Below the pieces are notes generated by a model. It ran no database searches. It was not told where the DNA came from and was given only the letters and a program-made list of their open reading frames with translations. From Octopus vulgaris (Eukaryota): 64,000 nt of DNA. The translations under genes were made by a program, and so were the position numbers. The stretch lies in assembly GCA_951406725.2 (NCBI GenBank), contig OX597825.1, positions 73,656,001-73,720,000 of the forward strand, read 5' to 3'. The stretch's first letter is position 1, and every line of letters starts with the position of its first letter. Of the stretch, positions 1 through 13,305 are shown one piece after another.

Positions 1-20
1 TATTCCAATGCTATAACGAT

Positions 21-414
21 TCTTATTTCTTTATTGCCCACAAGGAGCTAAACGTAGAGGGGACAAACAAGGACAGTCAAAGGAATTAAGTCAATTGCAT
101 CGACCCCAGTGCGTAACTGGTACTTAATTTATCGACCCCGGCGGAATTTGAACTCAAAACGTAACGGCAGACGAAATACCTATTTCTTTACTACCCACAA
201 GGGGCTAAACACAGAGAGGGACAAACAAGGACAGACAAACAGATTAAGTCGATTATATCTACCCCAGTGCGTAACTGGTACTTATTTAATCGACACCAAA
301 AGGATGAAAGGCAAAGTCGACCTCGGCGGAATTTGAACTCAGAACGTAACGGCAGGCGAAATACCGCTAGGCATTTCGTCCGGCGTGCTAACGTTTCTGC
401 CAGTTCGCCGCCTT
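21..414 (-). mobile_element. tRNA-derived SINE family A (Octopus-type, Meta/MESC-like core), concatenated units
   Basis: Reverse complement reads AAGGCGGCGAACTGGCAGAAACGTTAGCACGCC...GAGTTCAAATTCCGCCGAGGTCGACTTTGCCTTTCATCC (Pol III A/B-box-like head plus core). Flanked by 17-bp direct repeat AATGCTATAACGATTCT (7-23, 422-438). Confidence 0.9.
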
Positions 415-689
415 AATAACGAATGCTATAACGATTCTGCCAACTCACTGCCTTTATACGATGCATTATATTGCATGTAATTAAAATAGGATACCGAATC
501 CGAAAACGTTTAAGTTTGAATCAAGCTATATGGCTTAAACTTTACGCCACTGCATTGTAAAACAGAATGGTTTCATCTCAAGAGATTGATGACGCGTTAA
601 ATGTGTAATATCGGAAGCAGCCGACCACCTTCTGCGGACGTGTGACTTCAGTTTTTGGAGCTAGTTTTAATTAAGAAATTCACTTTCAG

Positions 690-803
690 ATGAACAGTTT
701 GGTGGCCCTGTTGAACAAAGAATCACCTCAAAGTATAGCTGAAATATTGTCTTCTCTGAAGAAAGCATTGTTTCCCAAACAAGAAAAAGGAAGAAGTGAA
801 TAA
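690..803 (+). CDS. Possible terminal coding exon (MNSLVALLNKESPQSIAEILSSLKKALFPKQEKGRSE*)
   Basis: Unique sequence with acceptor-like CACTTTCAG| followed by 37 open codons to TAA. No recognisable homology. Confidence 0.2.
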   Translation: MNSLVALLNKESPQSIAEILSSLKKALFPKQEKGRSE

Positions 804-1537
804 AACAAAGCTTGTGCATCTAAGTAATTAGGAAATTTGCGTCATACACATGAAATTACACTTGGGCTTTTACTCGTAAATCTAAAGCTATACAAAGGGG
901 ATAACTGTGATTACATTAGCATATACATAGGGAAATTTATAACGTGTTTCATTAAAAGGTGGCCTTTCAGTGTTGATTATAGTCGACTAGAATACTAGAT
1001 GCTCAAAAACCAAATGAAACTACCGTACTTTGTCCGACATTTTCTTATTTTCAGGGCTTTAACTTGGACTATGGCTTTTATAAACAGATTAAGGAACTAA
1101 AAAAAAGCCCATGTAGCACATCTCTCTGAGATATCATCGAGCTAGATAGGAAATTTTGTTGAAAAACACTAAGCGCTTATTGACAGTAAGATTATGTTAT
1201 TCATTGAAAATGTCATGTCGACGTTCTTTGAAAGAGCCAACGATGCCTCTATATACAGTCGCTTAAGGTGCTTTGCAGTAGGATCGTACCTGGAACAACG
1301 CGGTTGCGAAGCGACCTACTTAACCACACAGACACATGTCACACCTGATCTGTTCGAGCTGATTAAGGATCAAGACACTCTAGTCATGACCATCAAGAAT
1401 TCATGGTCGTGAACATATTGTGTCTATATTTACTATCTAGAACTACATAATCCATTGAAACTTTCCTCTTCTTAAGACGGTTCAGTGGGATTTGAGGGAA
1501 ATTTGACTGTTATTTCAAGCAAAGGAAGTGGTCACTT

Positions 1538-1569
<32 letters not shown>

Positions 1570-2049
1570 GGAGACAGAGAGAGCGAGAGAGAGAGAGGAT
1601 CTCCCTTATTCATGCGACAAGCATACTCCACTTACTAGAAATAGCTGCCAAATTTTTTCTCATTTACATTTTACACACTCGGAAGAAAAGATATACTGTC
1701 TGACAAAAAGAGAGAAGGGCATGGTTAGACGGTCTAAGATCCCCATTTTACTAAATAAGGTCTTGCCTGAGGCTAAATAACAACAACCTAAACAGAAGGC
1801 ATTATAAGGATGGGGTGAATACAGGCTGAAACCTCAGAAATCTCAGTGAGTGAAGTCTAAATAGGATAAAGCGTATAATCCGGTGCTCTACTGATTATGA
1901 TACTCTGTAGATGAGTAGAACGGTACTTGTCGAGTACGACCGGCAGAAATTGATATAGCTTTGTTAATTACAAGGATGTAATTTAATTAATTAATTAGAA
2001 CGGCTCCTTTTGACAGCAACATGCGAGTTCAAATGACAATTTTAATAAC

Positions 2050-2665
2050 GCTTTCTATTATAGACACAAGGCCAGCAATTTTAGGGGAGAAGATAATTCA
2101 ATACCTTGGTCTTAGCACCTGACTGATACCAACATTTTTGTTCCCCAAAGGACGAACTGCAAAGTCGTCCAAACCTCGCCAGAGTTTGAACTCAGAACGT
2201 AAAGCCACAAAAAATGCTTCTTTGCATTTTGTCTGGCGCACTAGCGATACTTATTTCTTTATTGCCCACAAGGGGCTAATCACAAAAGGGACCAACAAGG
2301 ACAGACAAAGAGATTAAGTCGATTACATCGACCCCAGTGCGTAACTCGTACTTATTTAATCGACCTCGAAAGGATGAAAGGCAAAGTCGACCTCGGCAGA
2401 ATTTGAACTCAGAACATAGCGGCAGACGAAATACCTGTTTCTTTACTACCCACAAGGGGTTAAACACAGAGGGGACAAACAAGGACAGACAAACGGATTA
2501 AGTCGAGTATATCGACCCCAATGCGTAACTGGTACTTATTTAATCGACCCCGAAAGGATGAAAGGTAAAGTCGTCCTCGGCGGAATTTGAACTCAGAACG
2601 TAGCGGCAGACGAAATACCGCTAAGCATTTCGCCCTACGCGCTAGCGATTCTGCCAGCCCACCAC
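2050..2665 (-). mobile_element. SINE family A, young dimer nested in or joined to an older copy
   Basis: Repeated core ATCGACCCCGAAAGGATGAAAGGCAAAGTCGACCTCGGCGGAATTTGAACTCAGAAC and tail GCCCACAAGGGGCTAA. Confidence 0.9.
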
Positions 2666-2699
2666 TCTCTTAATAATAATAATAATAATAATCCTTTCT

Positions 2700-3130
2700 A
2701 AGGTAGGGAGCTGGCTGAATCGTTAGGACGCCGAAGAAAAATGCTTAGCGGCATTTCTTCTGGTTTTACGTTCTGAGTTCAAATTCTGCGGAGGTCGACT
2801 TTGCCTTTTATCCTTCGCGGATCGATAAAATAAGTACTAGTTGAGCACTGGTATCGATGTAATCGATTTACTCACTCCCCAGAGGCTATTGGTTTTGTAC
2901 CAAAATTTGAAACCGATAATAATATTTTCTACTATAGGCACAAAGCATGAAATTTGCAGTGTGAAGGGTAATCGATTAGATCGATCCCAGTATTTGACTA
3001 GCACTTATCAATTTCCAAGGGGTGAACGGCAATGTCAACCTCGGCGGGATTTCAACTCAGAACACGAAAGCAGAAGAAACGCCGCTAAGCATTTTGCCCA
3101 GCGTGGTAACCATTTTGACAGCTCGCTCTC
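2700..3130. mobile_element. Two diverged SINE family A copies, tail-to-tail (+ 2700-2915, - 2925-3130)
   Basis: Head and core motifs present on opposite strands. Confidence 0.8.
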
Positions 3131-3479
3131 TTGGTGTCAGTTCTAATAACACGAAAACAATACATTACCAATATTTGTTTTGGAAGAGAATCTCAAAGTT
3201 CATTTCAGGAACACGACATCGCAGAAGATACGATAATCACTAATAGAATTGTCATTTGAGAATGGACGCGATATGACGTGACGTTTGGACAGAAAAAGCT
3301 CCTTATTAGAATAACTGCGCTCAACATTTCTGCCGAGAATTTTTGAGGGAACGAAGGCCTAACATTTTAATCCGCACAATCTCAGATTTCAGAATATTGT
3401 CAGGAGCATAAAAATGGTAAACAAACAGAAAATAATGGGTATTGTTAGAATGATATATCATATCACCACAAAACAGTTG

Positions 3480-3517
<38 letters not shown>

Positions 3518-4319
3518 AGAAGCACATTCCTCTGCTAATGATTATCATCATCAATAAATCGGTTTATGTCATGATATTAAGCAGTATTTGACGATATCAA
3601 TATCGTGTCTTTCTTGGTATAGAGTTTGGATAAAAGCATATTTATAACAAGCTGCAGATATCTGAGCGATTTTACGTGTTCGCTTGCTTTCTTCAATAAA
3701 AACGTCATTGCATGCTATAATCGCATATTTGATATAAAAAAAAACGGTGCTGTAATAGTGTAGTATGTTTGATAAGTTACGCTCCTTGTAAACATGATGT
3801 GTTCGATAATGTATAGCGTATCTGCTTTGATATAAAACGCAATATATTTCCTTCTGGTGAGAATAGGAGCTCTTTTATAACGACCTCGTCTCTCGGACAG
3901 CAAGCTTGACCATGAGACGTTCAAACGATTACCCCATTTTTTTAGATATTATTTCACACTGCATTTTCTGTACTAAAAGAAGGCATTCGTGGTTAACAGA
4001 TTTCCAACAGTCCAATGATGGGATCATTGTATTTCCGATTTCTGATGATGATGAGAGGGTGACATCAAAATGCTTGTGCATCTTAGGTAGAACAAATGAC
4101 GTAAGTACAATTTTGTTTACAGTTTTTCTCGCCGAGTTTTTTGCATATTTGGCCGATGTCCATCGCAGAAAAGACGCCTCGCCATACATGTACATGCATA
4201 AACATACGGTAAGTTTCACTCTGTTTTCGCCAAGCAAATTCCCGGCGCAGATCCAGCTGGAGGCTATAGGAGAAAATATTTCCTCAGTGTGCCGTGCTGT
4301 AAGAATGATGAACTGCCAA

Positions 4320-4668
4320 AATGATGAACGGCGATGTCAACCTCAGCGGAATTTGAACTCAGAACGCAGAGATGGACAAAATGCTGCAAGACATTATTGT
4401 ACACCGTGCTAACGATTCTGCCACCTCGCCACCTTAAATACAATAAATAATATAGATTTCAACTTCTGGCAGAAAGCCAGCAAATTTGGGGGAGGGGTAA
4501 GTCGATTATATCGCCCCCAGTACTCAAATGGCACTTATTTTATCGACCTCGAAAGAACGAAAGGCAAAGTTGACCTCGGCGAAATTTTGAACTCAGAACG
4601 CAAAGACGGACGAAAGACCGCTAGGCCTTATATATCCTGTGTGCTAACAATTCTGCTAATTTGCCGTC

Positions 4669-4670
<2 letters not shown>
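4320..4670 (-). mobile_element. SINE family A, two tandem diverged copies
   Basis: GTCAACCTCAGCGGAATTTGAACTCAGAAC core occurs twice; heads at 4410-4436 and 4640-4670. Confidence 0.8.
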
Positions 4671-4732
<62 letters not shown>

Positions 4733-4736
<4 letters not shown>

Positions 4737-5103
4737 GTAGGAGTGGCTGTGTGGTAATTAGCTTGCTAACGATTCGGTCCCACTGCGTGGCACCTTGGGC
4801 AAGTGTCTTCTACTATAGCCTCGGGCCGACCAAAGCCTTGTGAATGGATTTGGTAGACGGAAACTGAAAGAAACCCGTCGTATATATGTATGTGTGGTTA
4901 TATGTTTCCGTGTCTGTGTTTGTCCCCCAAAAACCGATGGTGGTGTGTTTACGTCCCGTAATTTAGCGGTTCGGCAAAAGAGACCGATAGAAGAACTACT
5001 AGGCTTAGAAAGAATAAGTCCTGGGGTCGATTTGCTCGACTAAAAGGCGGTGCTCCAGCATAGCCACAGTCAAATGACTGAATCAAGTAAAAGAGTAAAA
5101 GAG
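4733..5103 (+). mobile_element. tRNA-derived SINE family B (CORE-like, with internal TA/TG microsatellite)
   Basis: GGCGTAGGAGTGGCTGTGTGGTAA...CACCTTGGGCAAGTGTCTTCTAC...GCTCCAGCATAGCCACAGTCAAATGACTGAA ending in a (GTAAAAGA)n tail. Many copies in the window. Confidence 0.9.
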
Positions 5104-5142
<39 letters not shown>

Positions 5143-5762
5143 CAGTGATGTACTGCGGTGGAAACGCGGCTGGGTATCGATATTTAATAAATTATACGCC
5201 TTCAAAATGTTTGACTCCGCGAATTTGAATGAATGTTAAAGATTATTATTGACTGGAAGAAACAAACACTTTGTTGAAGCTTTAATTTATTTTGTTTTAA
5301 ATATTTTTTGGTCAATTATTATTATTGTTTTTTCTTTTGCTTTGAGAATATTCCATAAAGCATGTTTATCAGTCGTGTTGCTAATGCAATGTTTATATGT
5401 TTAAACAGTGGAAATAATGACATTTGTTTGTGTTGATTCCATATTGTTCGGGAACAATAAAGGAAAAAACAATGGAACACTTGTTTTGCGATAGTTTGAC
5501 ATGTTTATTTGTAATAAACTAAAGCCACACCAGCCACCTCGTTATCTTCCGCTGCCGTTCTAAACCCAAATGGCAAGCACTTTGATACAGATACCACCAA
5601 AACTCAAGGGAAATAAGGCCGATGATTTGTAATAAAAGTGATTAGGGGTTTGGAAAATAAGAAAATAACAGCCTAAAGCGTGAATCATATTCTGTGTACC
5701 TTTCTGTGTGTGTCTGTTACTTTGTGAGAGAGTGTGTGTGTGTATGTGTGTTTGTTACTCTG

Positions 5763-5873
<111 letters not shown>

Positions 5874-6038
5874 ATGTATGTATGTATATATGTTTGTAAA
5901 TGAATATGTACATATAAGCGCAGGCATGGCTGCGTTAAGAAAAGTGCTTCGAGTTCAGCACCACAGCGCATAACCTTTTATCATAGCTAGGAGCCTACCA
6001 ATGCCTTATGAGTGAATCCTACGAGTATAATGATTATT

Positions 6039-6600
6039 ATTATTGAGTGAGAGAGCAGTGCATGCCATCAAAGTGACACTGGGGTAAAATATACGAAGCC
6101 CAGTATACCCATCATGACTACCCGTCTGATAAAGGCACACCAGGCACATGCATCACAACCATATGTGCGCAACATGGTGATCTCATATCATGATAAACTG
6201 CGCATGACCTTGCACGTGGGGCCCAGTTAGAACTTTCTTCTGGTCGAGTAGCCCATCCCGCTCAAAATGTCCCTGAATAAGGATTGTTTAAGGATGTTGA
6301 ACGAACCACCCATGTTTCCAAAGGTGAATTATCCAAAATCTCTAAGAATTCCTTTCAAGACATGGTTATGATGCTCCCCCACTACATCTACTCATGATCA
6401 GAGATGCACGAATCATCAGCCACTAAGGGACATGCTCAACTGGTTAAACAATTGACAAACAAATCTGTGGTTTTGAGCAGAATATGTTTGCTGTAGCCCA
6501 TCTTTTATACCAAGACAAAACAATGTACATGATAGCCTTTCCAATCAGTTGAGATCAGAAGCCACGAGAGCCACTGCTTGGTACTGCATCAAGGCATTTA
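6039..6600 (-). mobile_element. Interspersed retroposon fragment (probable LINE 3' region or SINE with (TAA)n tail)
   Basis: 560-bp higher-GC block bounded by (TTA)n on both sides, no ORF. Family assignment is inference. Confidence 0.45.
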
Positions 6601-6627
6601 TTTATCATTATTATTATTATTATTATT

Positions 6628-6848
6628 CAAGGCGGGCGAGCTGGCAGAATCATTAGCATGCTGGACAAAATGCTTAGCAGCATTTCATCCATTTATACCT
6701 TTTGAGTTCAAGTTCCGGTGAGGTCGATTTTACCTTTCATTCTTTCGGGGTCGAAAAGTTAAGTACCAGTGAAACACTGGGTTCAATGTAATCGACTAAT
6801 GACACCCCACACTAATTCGAGGCCTTGTGCCTCTAATAGAAAGGATTA
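6628..6848 (+). mobile_element. SINE family A with alternative tail (GGCCTTGTGCCTCTAATAGAAAGGATT)
   Basis: Head CAAGGCGGGCGAGCTGGCAGAATC plus core. Confidence 0.85.
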
Positions 6849-6966
6849 ACTTATTTATTTGTTAAATGCAAAGTGTTGCTGCAGTTCGAAATATACAATG
6901 TGAATTTTAATGCTGGTGCGTGATCGTGGTGTGTGACTCTTGATAGATGTGCATCTGTGTGTATAT

Positions 6967-7302
6967 GTGAAGACGCATGGCTTAGTGGTTAGAGTGTAGA
7001 GCTTACGATCGTGAAGTCGTGAGTTCGATTCTCGGACCGGGCTGCGTGATGTGTTTTTGAGCAACACGCTTTATTTCAGGTTGCTCCAGTTAACTCATCT
7101 GTAGAAATGAGTTGCGACATAACTGGTGCCAAGCTGTATCGGCCCCTTTGCCTTTCCCTTGGATAACATCAGTGGTGTGGAGTTAGGAATCTCCTATGCA
7201 TGGGCGACTGCTAGCCTTCCGCAAACAATCTTGCCCTGACTTGTGCCACTGGGGGTAACTTTCTAGGTGCAATCCCATGATCATTCATGACCGAAGGGGT
7301 CT
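6967..7302 (+). mobile_element. tRNA-derived SINE family C (CORE-type, similar to octopus OR SINEs)
   Basis: tRNA-like head TGGCTTAGTGGTTAGAG...GAGTTCGATTCTCGG, CORE-like TTGAGCAACACGCTTTATTTC...CTGTAGAAATGAG. Near-identical inverted copy at 23384-23718. Confidence 0.9.
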
Positions 7303-8287
7303 CCTGTGTGTATATGTACACATACACACACTCATCCACACACACACACACCAACACATTGGTATTGTTATATAATATTTTATCTTCCATCAAAAATGGA
7401 AGAACTATTAGTTCTACTTCCATAATGATTCTGCGTGTGTGTGATTTATGTTTTAATGTTACTGAAATTAGAACGATTATTCTGGTTTTGGGGTTTTTCT
7501 TATTTTCTTTTTCTATTTTGGTTTTGTTTTGGGGCGGGTGGAGTAGATTTTTTTTAACAATTAATTTATAATAAACTGTTTTGTAGTTTCTGCCGAACAC
7601 TGTCCGTTTTGAAATCGATTTAATATATTAATTATGATTTCAAAAATCGATTTTATTGACATTTGAAACTCTATTGTTCTATTCTGAAAGTGTTTAAAAA
7701 AATATTTGAAAAATAATTCGATGGAAATGAAAATTCCGAGAAAAATATTTTCGGTACCTGAACACTTGAATAGATTTAATTATCGCAGGAGAATTCGCAG
7801 GGCTGAAAGTAGACCTTCTAGAAATAGCAGCTAAATCTCCCTCACTTTACAATCCTTACTGGTACTCCGTCAGTTACGATGACGAGGCTTCCAGTTGATT
7901 CGATCAACACACACACGCGCACATAAACACACACACACACATACACACACACTCACACACATACATATATATTTATGTATATACATTTATCAAAACAGGA
8001 GATCGAAAATATTTTTGGTATTTATACACCATCACACACGTTCCATTTACTAATAGGAGTTACAAAATTGTACATGTAGTAGAAAGGTGTAAGATATCTC
8101 CTATTAAGAATTCTTCAAGCAGAGAACAACAATAATACATTAGCAATTATGTATTACCCTCTTGTGATATATAATTACTCTGCACAAAATATTTCCCAGA
8201 ATTTTTTATTCTTATGCATTCCTCAAAGAACTATAACATATACATGCGGAATACTGGAATAAGCAGATGCGCTTCAAGAGGAATACC

Positions 8288-8373
<86 letters not shown>

Positions 8374-8409
8374 GTCTGTCTGTCTATCTATCTATCAATC
8401 TATCTATCA

Positions 8410-8446
<37 letters not shown>

Positions 8447-8459
8447 TGTATGCATGCAT

Positions 8460-8615
8460 ACGATGGGCTTCTTTCAATATCCGTCCACGAATCTAAACTT
8501 ACAAGGCTCTTGTAGGTCCGAGGTTAGCAGACGACACTTGCCCAACTTGCCACGCAGTAGGATTGAACCCAGAATCGTGTAGTTGGGAAGCAAGCATTTT
8601 ACCAGACAAGCACAT
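8460..8615 (-). mobile_element. SINE family B, 5' half, diverged
   Basis: GACACTTGCCCAA...CCACGCAGTAGGATTGAACCC motif. Confidence 0.7.
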
Positions 8616-8748
8616 CTTAAGAATCGTGGAAAGATTGTTCGAAACCCTATATCGACTATCTAGTTGTTAATGCTGTCATCTTATTAAATGTTTCTGTCAT
8701 AGAACGACACATTCAAATAGTAAAACAAGATGTAATATTCATCTCCAC

Positions 8749-9351
8749 TAAGGCGGCGAGCTGGCAGACACGTTTGCACGCCGGGCGGAATGCCTAGCGG
8801 TATTTCGTCTGCCGCTAAGTTCTGAGCTCAAATTCCGCCGAGGTCAACTTTGCCTTTCATCCTTTCGGGATCGATTAAATAAGAACCAGTTACGCACTGG
8901 GGTCAATATAATTGACATAATATCTTTGTCTGTCTTTGTTTGTCCTCTCTCTGTTTAGCTCCTTGTGGGCAATAAAGAAATAAGAAACGTTAGCACGCCG
9001 GGCGGAATACTTAACGGTATTTCGTCTGCCGCAACGTTCTCAGCTCAAATTCTGCCGAGGTCAACTTTGCCTTTCATCCTTTCGGGGTCGATTAAATAGG
9101 TACCAATTACGTACTGAGGTCGATATAATCGACTTCATCCATTTGTCTGTCCTTGTTTGTCCCCACTGTGTTTAGCCCCCTGTGGGCAATAAAGAAATAA
9201 ATATTTATCCTCACTAATTCCGCCGAGGTCGACTTTGCCTTTCATCCTTTCGGGATCGATAAATTAATTACCAGTTGCGTACTAAGGACGATCTGATCGA
9301 CTGGCTCCCTTCCAAAAAATTTCCGGCTTTGTGCCTAGAGTAGAAAAGAAT
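8749..9351 (+). mobile_element. SINE family A trimer
   Basis: Three successive cores. The first two end in the GTGGGCAATAAAGAAATA tail and the third in the GTGCCTAGAGTAGAAAAGAAT tail. Confidence 0.9.
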
Positions 9352-9796
9352 ATTTATCCCCAATTAAACGTGAATGTTCTGCAAGAACAAGCTATACCGT
9401 AATGGATAACATGAGAGGGACTCTCATTTTCGATATAGAAGTAGAGTACATTGGAACAGAACTTCCACGTTGAAGTGGAGATAAATATTACTTCTCGGTA
9501 TTGATATTGCCTCTGTTGTTAATATATATATATATATATATTTTGTAAAACAAGATGTCGCTGAATAATTTAGTTATCTTTTAAAAATAACTTTACTGAT
9601 AGAAATAAGCCTCGCTTTCAATTACCACTCCTCCTCCTCAGAATTGCTTGTCGTTTTGTTTAATTCTTTTTACCAAACAGTTTAGCTCCAGGCTTTCCAG
9701 GTGGATCACTTTTTCTATATGTCTTTATATATGTTTAAATGCATATTTTCCTGGCAGTAAATCTCTTGCATCTGCACACGCACACACACCCACACG

Positions 9797-9902
<106 letters not shown>

Positions 9903-10032
9903 ACTTAATGAATATCTCTCTCATCCTCTCTTTCTCTATCTGTCTCTCCCTCTATTTATATAATTCATACATATCGATATCTCTTCCCCCACCACCTCTC
10001 TCTCTCAGTATATATATATACATATATATATA

Positions 10033-10106
<74 letters not shown>

Positions 10107-10251
10107 TTGGGTGGGAGCGTGTGTGTGAGTGAGTGTGTTGTGTGTATATATACGCCCACATATATGTGAGTGAGTGTACGTTTGTGTGTGTGTGTGCGTG
10201 TGTATATGCATGTATGTGCATGTCTGTGCGCGCGCGCCTGTGTGTGAGAAA

Positions 10252-10304
<53 letters not shown>

Positions 10305-11328
10305 AAACTTCAGTGAAATGATAAAAGCTAACGGTTTTTGAGTGTAATCCATCTACACAAATTTAAATTTTCACTATGCCTGCAAGCAAACAGTTTCTTC
10401 ACTCTTTAGAAAGACAAGGATTAAATATAATGAGAAAACTGTTTAATAAAAACCCACTAACAATATATAAAAGCATGCGACTTAAATTCTTGAGAATGGC
10501 ATTTAAAAAACGTTGCAAGACGTCATAATATTTTCCTTCTTAGAGTTAAGTTATCATCAATTTATAGAAGAAAAAAATATATATATAGAGAGAGAGAGTG
10601 AGAGAGAAGGAAGGAAAAAGCTCCCAGAAATCCCTTCGTGCGCTCAGCCATTCGTTAAGTACCGAGAGACGAGTTAAAACTGTTTGACAGCGAGAAGAAA
10701 TATTCTTGTCTACTCGTTGGGTTTCACACTTTCGCGAAGTATGTGGAATTATTACCCGTAATAATTTCTCAATTATGTAGCTGCTGCTGAAGAAGAAGAA
10801 AAAGAAAAGAAAAAAGAAGAAGGAGGAGGAAGAGGAGGAGGGTAAGAAAACGAAGAAGAAGGAGAAGAAGCAGCAGAAGGGTAATAATAATAATAGTAAT
10901 AATGATAATAAGATGATGATGATGATGAAAAAAAAAGTTTTTGTTCTTTCTGACTTTTCTTCAATCGTATATTTTATCCAACAACGTAACAGCTTTATTA
11001 CTTGAACGCTTTTACACTAACAGTACAGAGAATATTAATGGCATATATTTCAACCTCCGAACGCCTGTAAAGAGACTATAAAATAAACAGTTTTTATGTC
11101 CCCACTCCCGCTCACCCATCACTAATTCGTATTTAGAATAACGCCTCTTTCATTAGTATTTCGATAACTCATTGGCAAAAACCAACCGAACTCTGGACTA
11201 AATGCTTTTCAATGTTTTTTTTTTTTTAAGTATTCAATATTCAGTTTTTCAACATTTCGAAGTCCTGCGTTCCATTTCCGCAACCGAACCTTTATCCTTC
11301 AATCCCGTTTGAGTGGGTTACATTTACA

Positions 11329-11757
11329 GGATCTTTTCGGTTTGAACGGCAGTTTTTTAAAAATAATTTCCACGTAACTAAAAAATTTTAAACTTCGTAT
11401 ACTGGTAGAATGTGTTTATAAAACATCTTTATCTCTTGGCTTTATTGAGAAAATTCCATAGTTTGTAAGATATTTGTTGTTGTTTTTCTTCAATTTCTGC
11501 AATTTCAACCAATCAATGACGTCTATTGAGGTAAAAAACATTCTGTGCCGTATGAATATGTCCCTCGTTTAAGAAACAGATTGGGTTTATTTACATTTGT
11601 GAAGAAAAAAAGATACCCTTCCCCCACCCCTAACCCTAACTAACCCTAACCCTAAAACAAATTGAAATGCAATAGATCGATACTAGGGTTATAATTATGG
11701 GTGACAATTTCATATGACACCGCTAGAAAAAAACTGCCGTTCAAACCGAAAAGATCC
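11329..11757 (+). mobile_element. MITE / non-autonomous DNA transposon with 30-bp TIRs and internal (CCCTAA)n
   Basis: GGATCTTTTCGGTTTGAACGGCAGTTTTTT ... AAAAAACTGCCGTTCAAACCGAAAAGATCC; CCCTAACCCTAACTAACCCTAACCCTAA near 11628-11655. Confidence 0.9.
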
Positions 11758-12126
11758 CCGCGTTCTATTTTCGCAACCGAACCGTTATCATTCAATCCCG
11801 TTTGAGTGGGTTACATTTACTTAACAACAATAATATTGTCGATATAGTCTGCTATATTTTCTTATATTTTCTCGCAGATTTTGGCTTTGTTCCTAAGGAT
11901 TGTCAAGTTATAGCGTTTTTGAATAGCAGAAGATAAAATCTCTGACAATAGTGACTACAAGGCGGGTTTCATTCATAGTTTAAATCGTTTCATTTTCAGT
12001 TACACCCTTTGAAGCTATTTGAAGAAGTACAGAAGTCCCGCAATACTTCTATTCCCATTTCTTAAAACAGGGATCTTCAGAACTCAGAAAAAAGAAACCA
12101 TCACATGACGAACATTCTAGGACGAG

Positions 12127-12534
12127 GGATCTTTTCGGTTTGAACGGCAGTTTTTTCTAGCGGTGTCATATGAAATTGCCACCCATAATTATGACCCTAG
12201 TATCGATCTATTGCATTTCAATCTGTTTTAAGGTTAGGGTTATGGTTAGGGGTGGGGGGAAGGGTATCTTTTTTTCTTCACAAATGTAAATAAGCCCAAT
12301 CTGTTTCTTATACGGCACAGAATGTTTTCACCTCAATAGACGTCAGCGATTGGTTGAAATTGCAGAAATTGAAGAAAAAAAACCCAACAAATATGTTACA
12401 AACTATAGAATTTTCTCAATAAAGCCAAGAGAAAAAGATGTTTTATAAACACATTCTACCAGGATACGAAGTTTCAAAGTGTTTAGTTACGTGGAAATTA
12501 TTTAAAAAAACTGCCGTTCAAAACGAAAAGATCC
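12127..12534 (-). mobile_element. Second copy of the same MITE, inverted
   Basis: Same TIRs with the interior reverse-complemented. Flanked by AGGACGAG / AGAACGAG (8-bp imperfect TSD). Confidence 0.9.
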
Positions 12535-13252
12535 AGAACGAGTATTGCATTACATTCAATCCAAGTCATCGATGCAACTGCATTATGTCCACCTTGGATA
12601 CAACCTCTTTAAGTGACATTGCTATTTCTTTTCAGACATCCGTGAATTTTACCACTTTTCTTCGCCAGTGGTTTGGTAACAGATATCGATAGAATAAGTA
12701 CAAGACTTAAAAATAAGTACTGGGGTTGATTTCATTGACTAAATCCCTTCATAGAGGTGCCCCAGAATGGCCGTAGACCATTGACCGAAATAAAGGATAA
12801 AATAATTGAATATAAATCTCACATTGTATTAATCTTGGAGTATCCAGCTTCGCTCCGAATGACGTCGTTAGAATTTAAGACACGTGTTTCTTCACGGTTA
12901 CGCTTCGTTTATTACGGACGCTAGAGTAGCTCGATGTTTTCCACAAATAGTCTGTTAGAAGACTATCTCCCAGGGAACGCCTCTTTTATTTTATTTTATT
13001 TTATTATTTTTTTTTTCATTAGCTTCTTTTTCGACTCTGCTAAAGCTCTTTTACTCTTTTATCTGTTTCAGTCATTTGACTGTGGCCATGCTGAAGCACC
13101 GCCTTTAGTCGAGCAAATAGACCCCAGGACTTATTCTTTGTAAGCCTAGTACTTATTCTTTCGGTCTCTTTTGCCGAACCGCTAAGTGACGGGGACGTAA
13201 ACACACCAGCATCGGTTGTCAAGCAATGCTAGGGGGACAAACACAGACACAC

Positions 13253-13302
<50 letters not shown>

Positions 13303-13305
<3 letters not shown>

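Noticed and set aside
3906-4412. 168-aa ORF with possible splice sites
   Set aside because: No recognisable domain, and the 3' part runs into a SINE.
6967-7045. tRNA-like sequences here and at other SINE heads
   Set aside because: They continue directly into SINE cores and lack a proper acceptor stem, so they are not tRNA genes.
8749-9351. Repeated units as a CRISPR-like array
   Set aside because: The units are contiguous SINE copies without unique spacers, in a eukaryotic context with no cas genes.
11628-11655. (CCCTAA)n as a telomere or fusion scar
   Set aside because: It is short and internal to a MITE, and is present in both copies.
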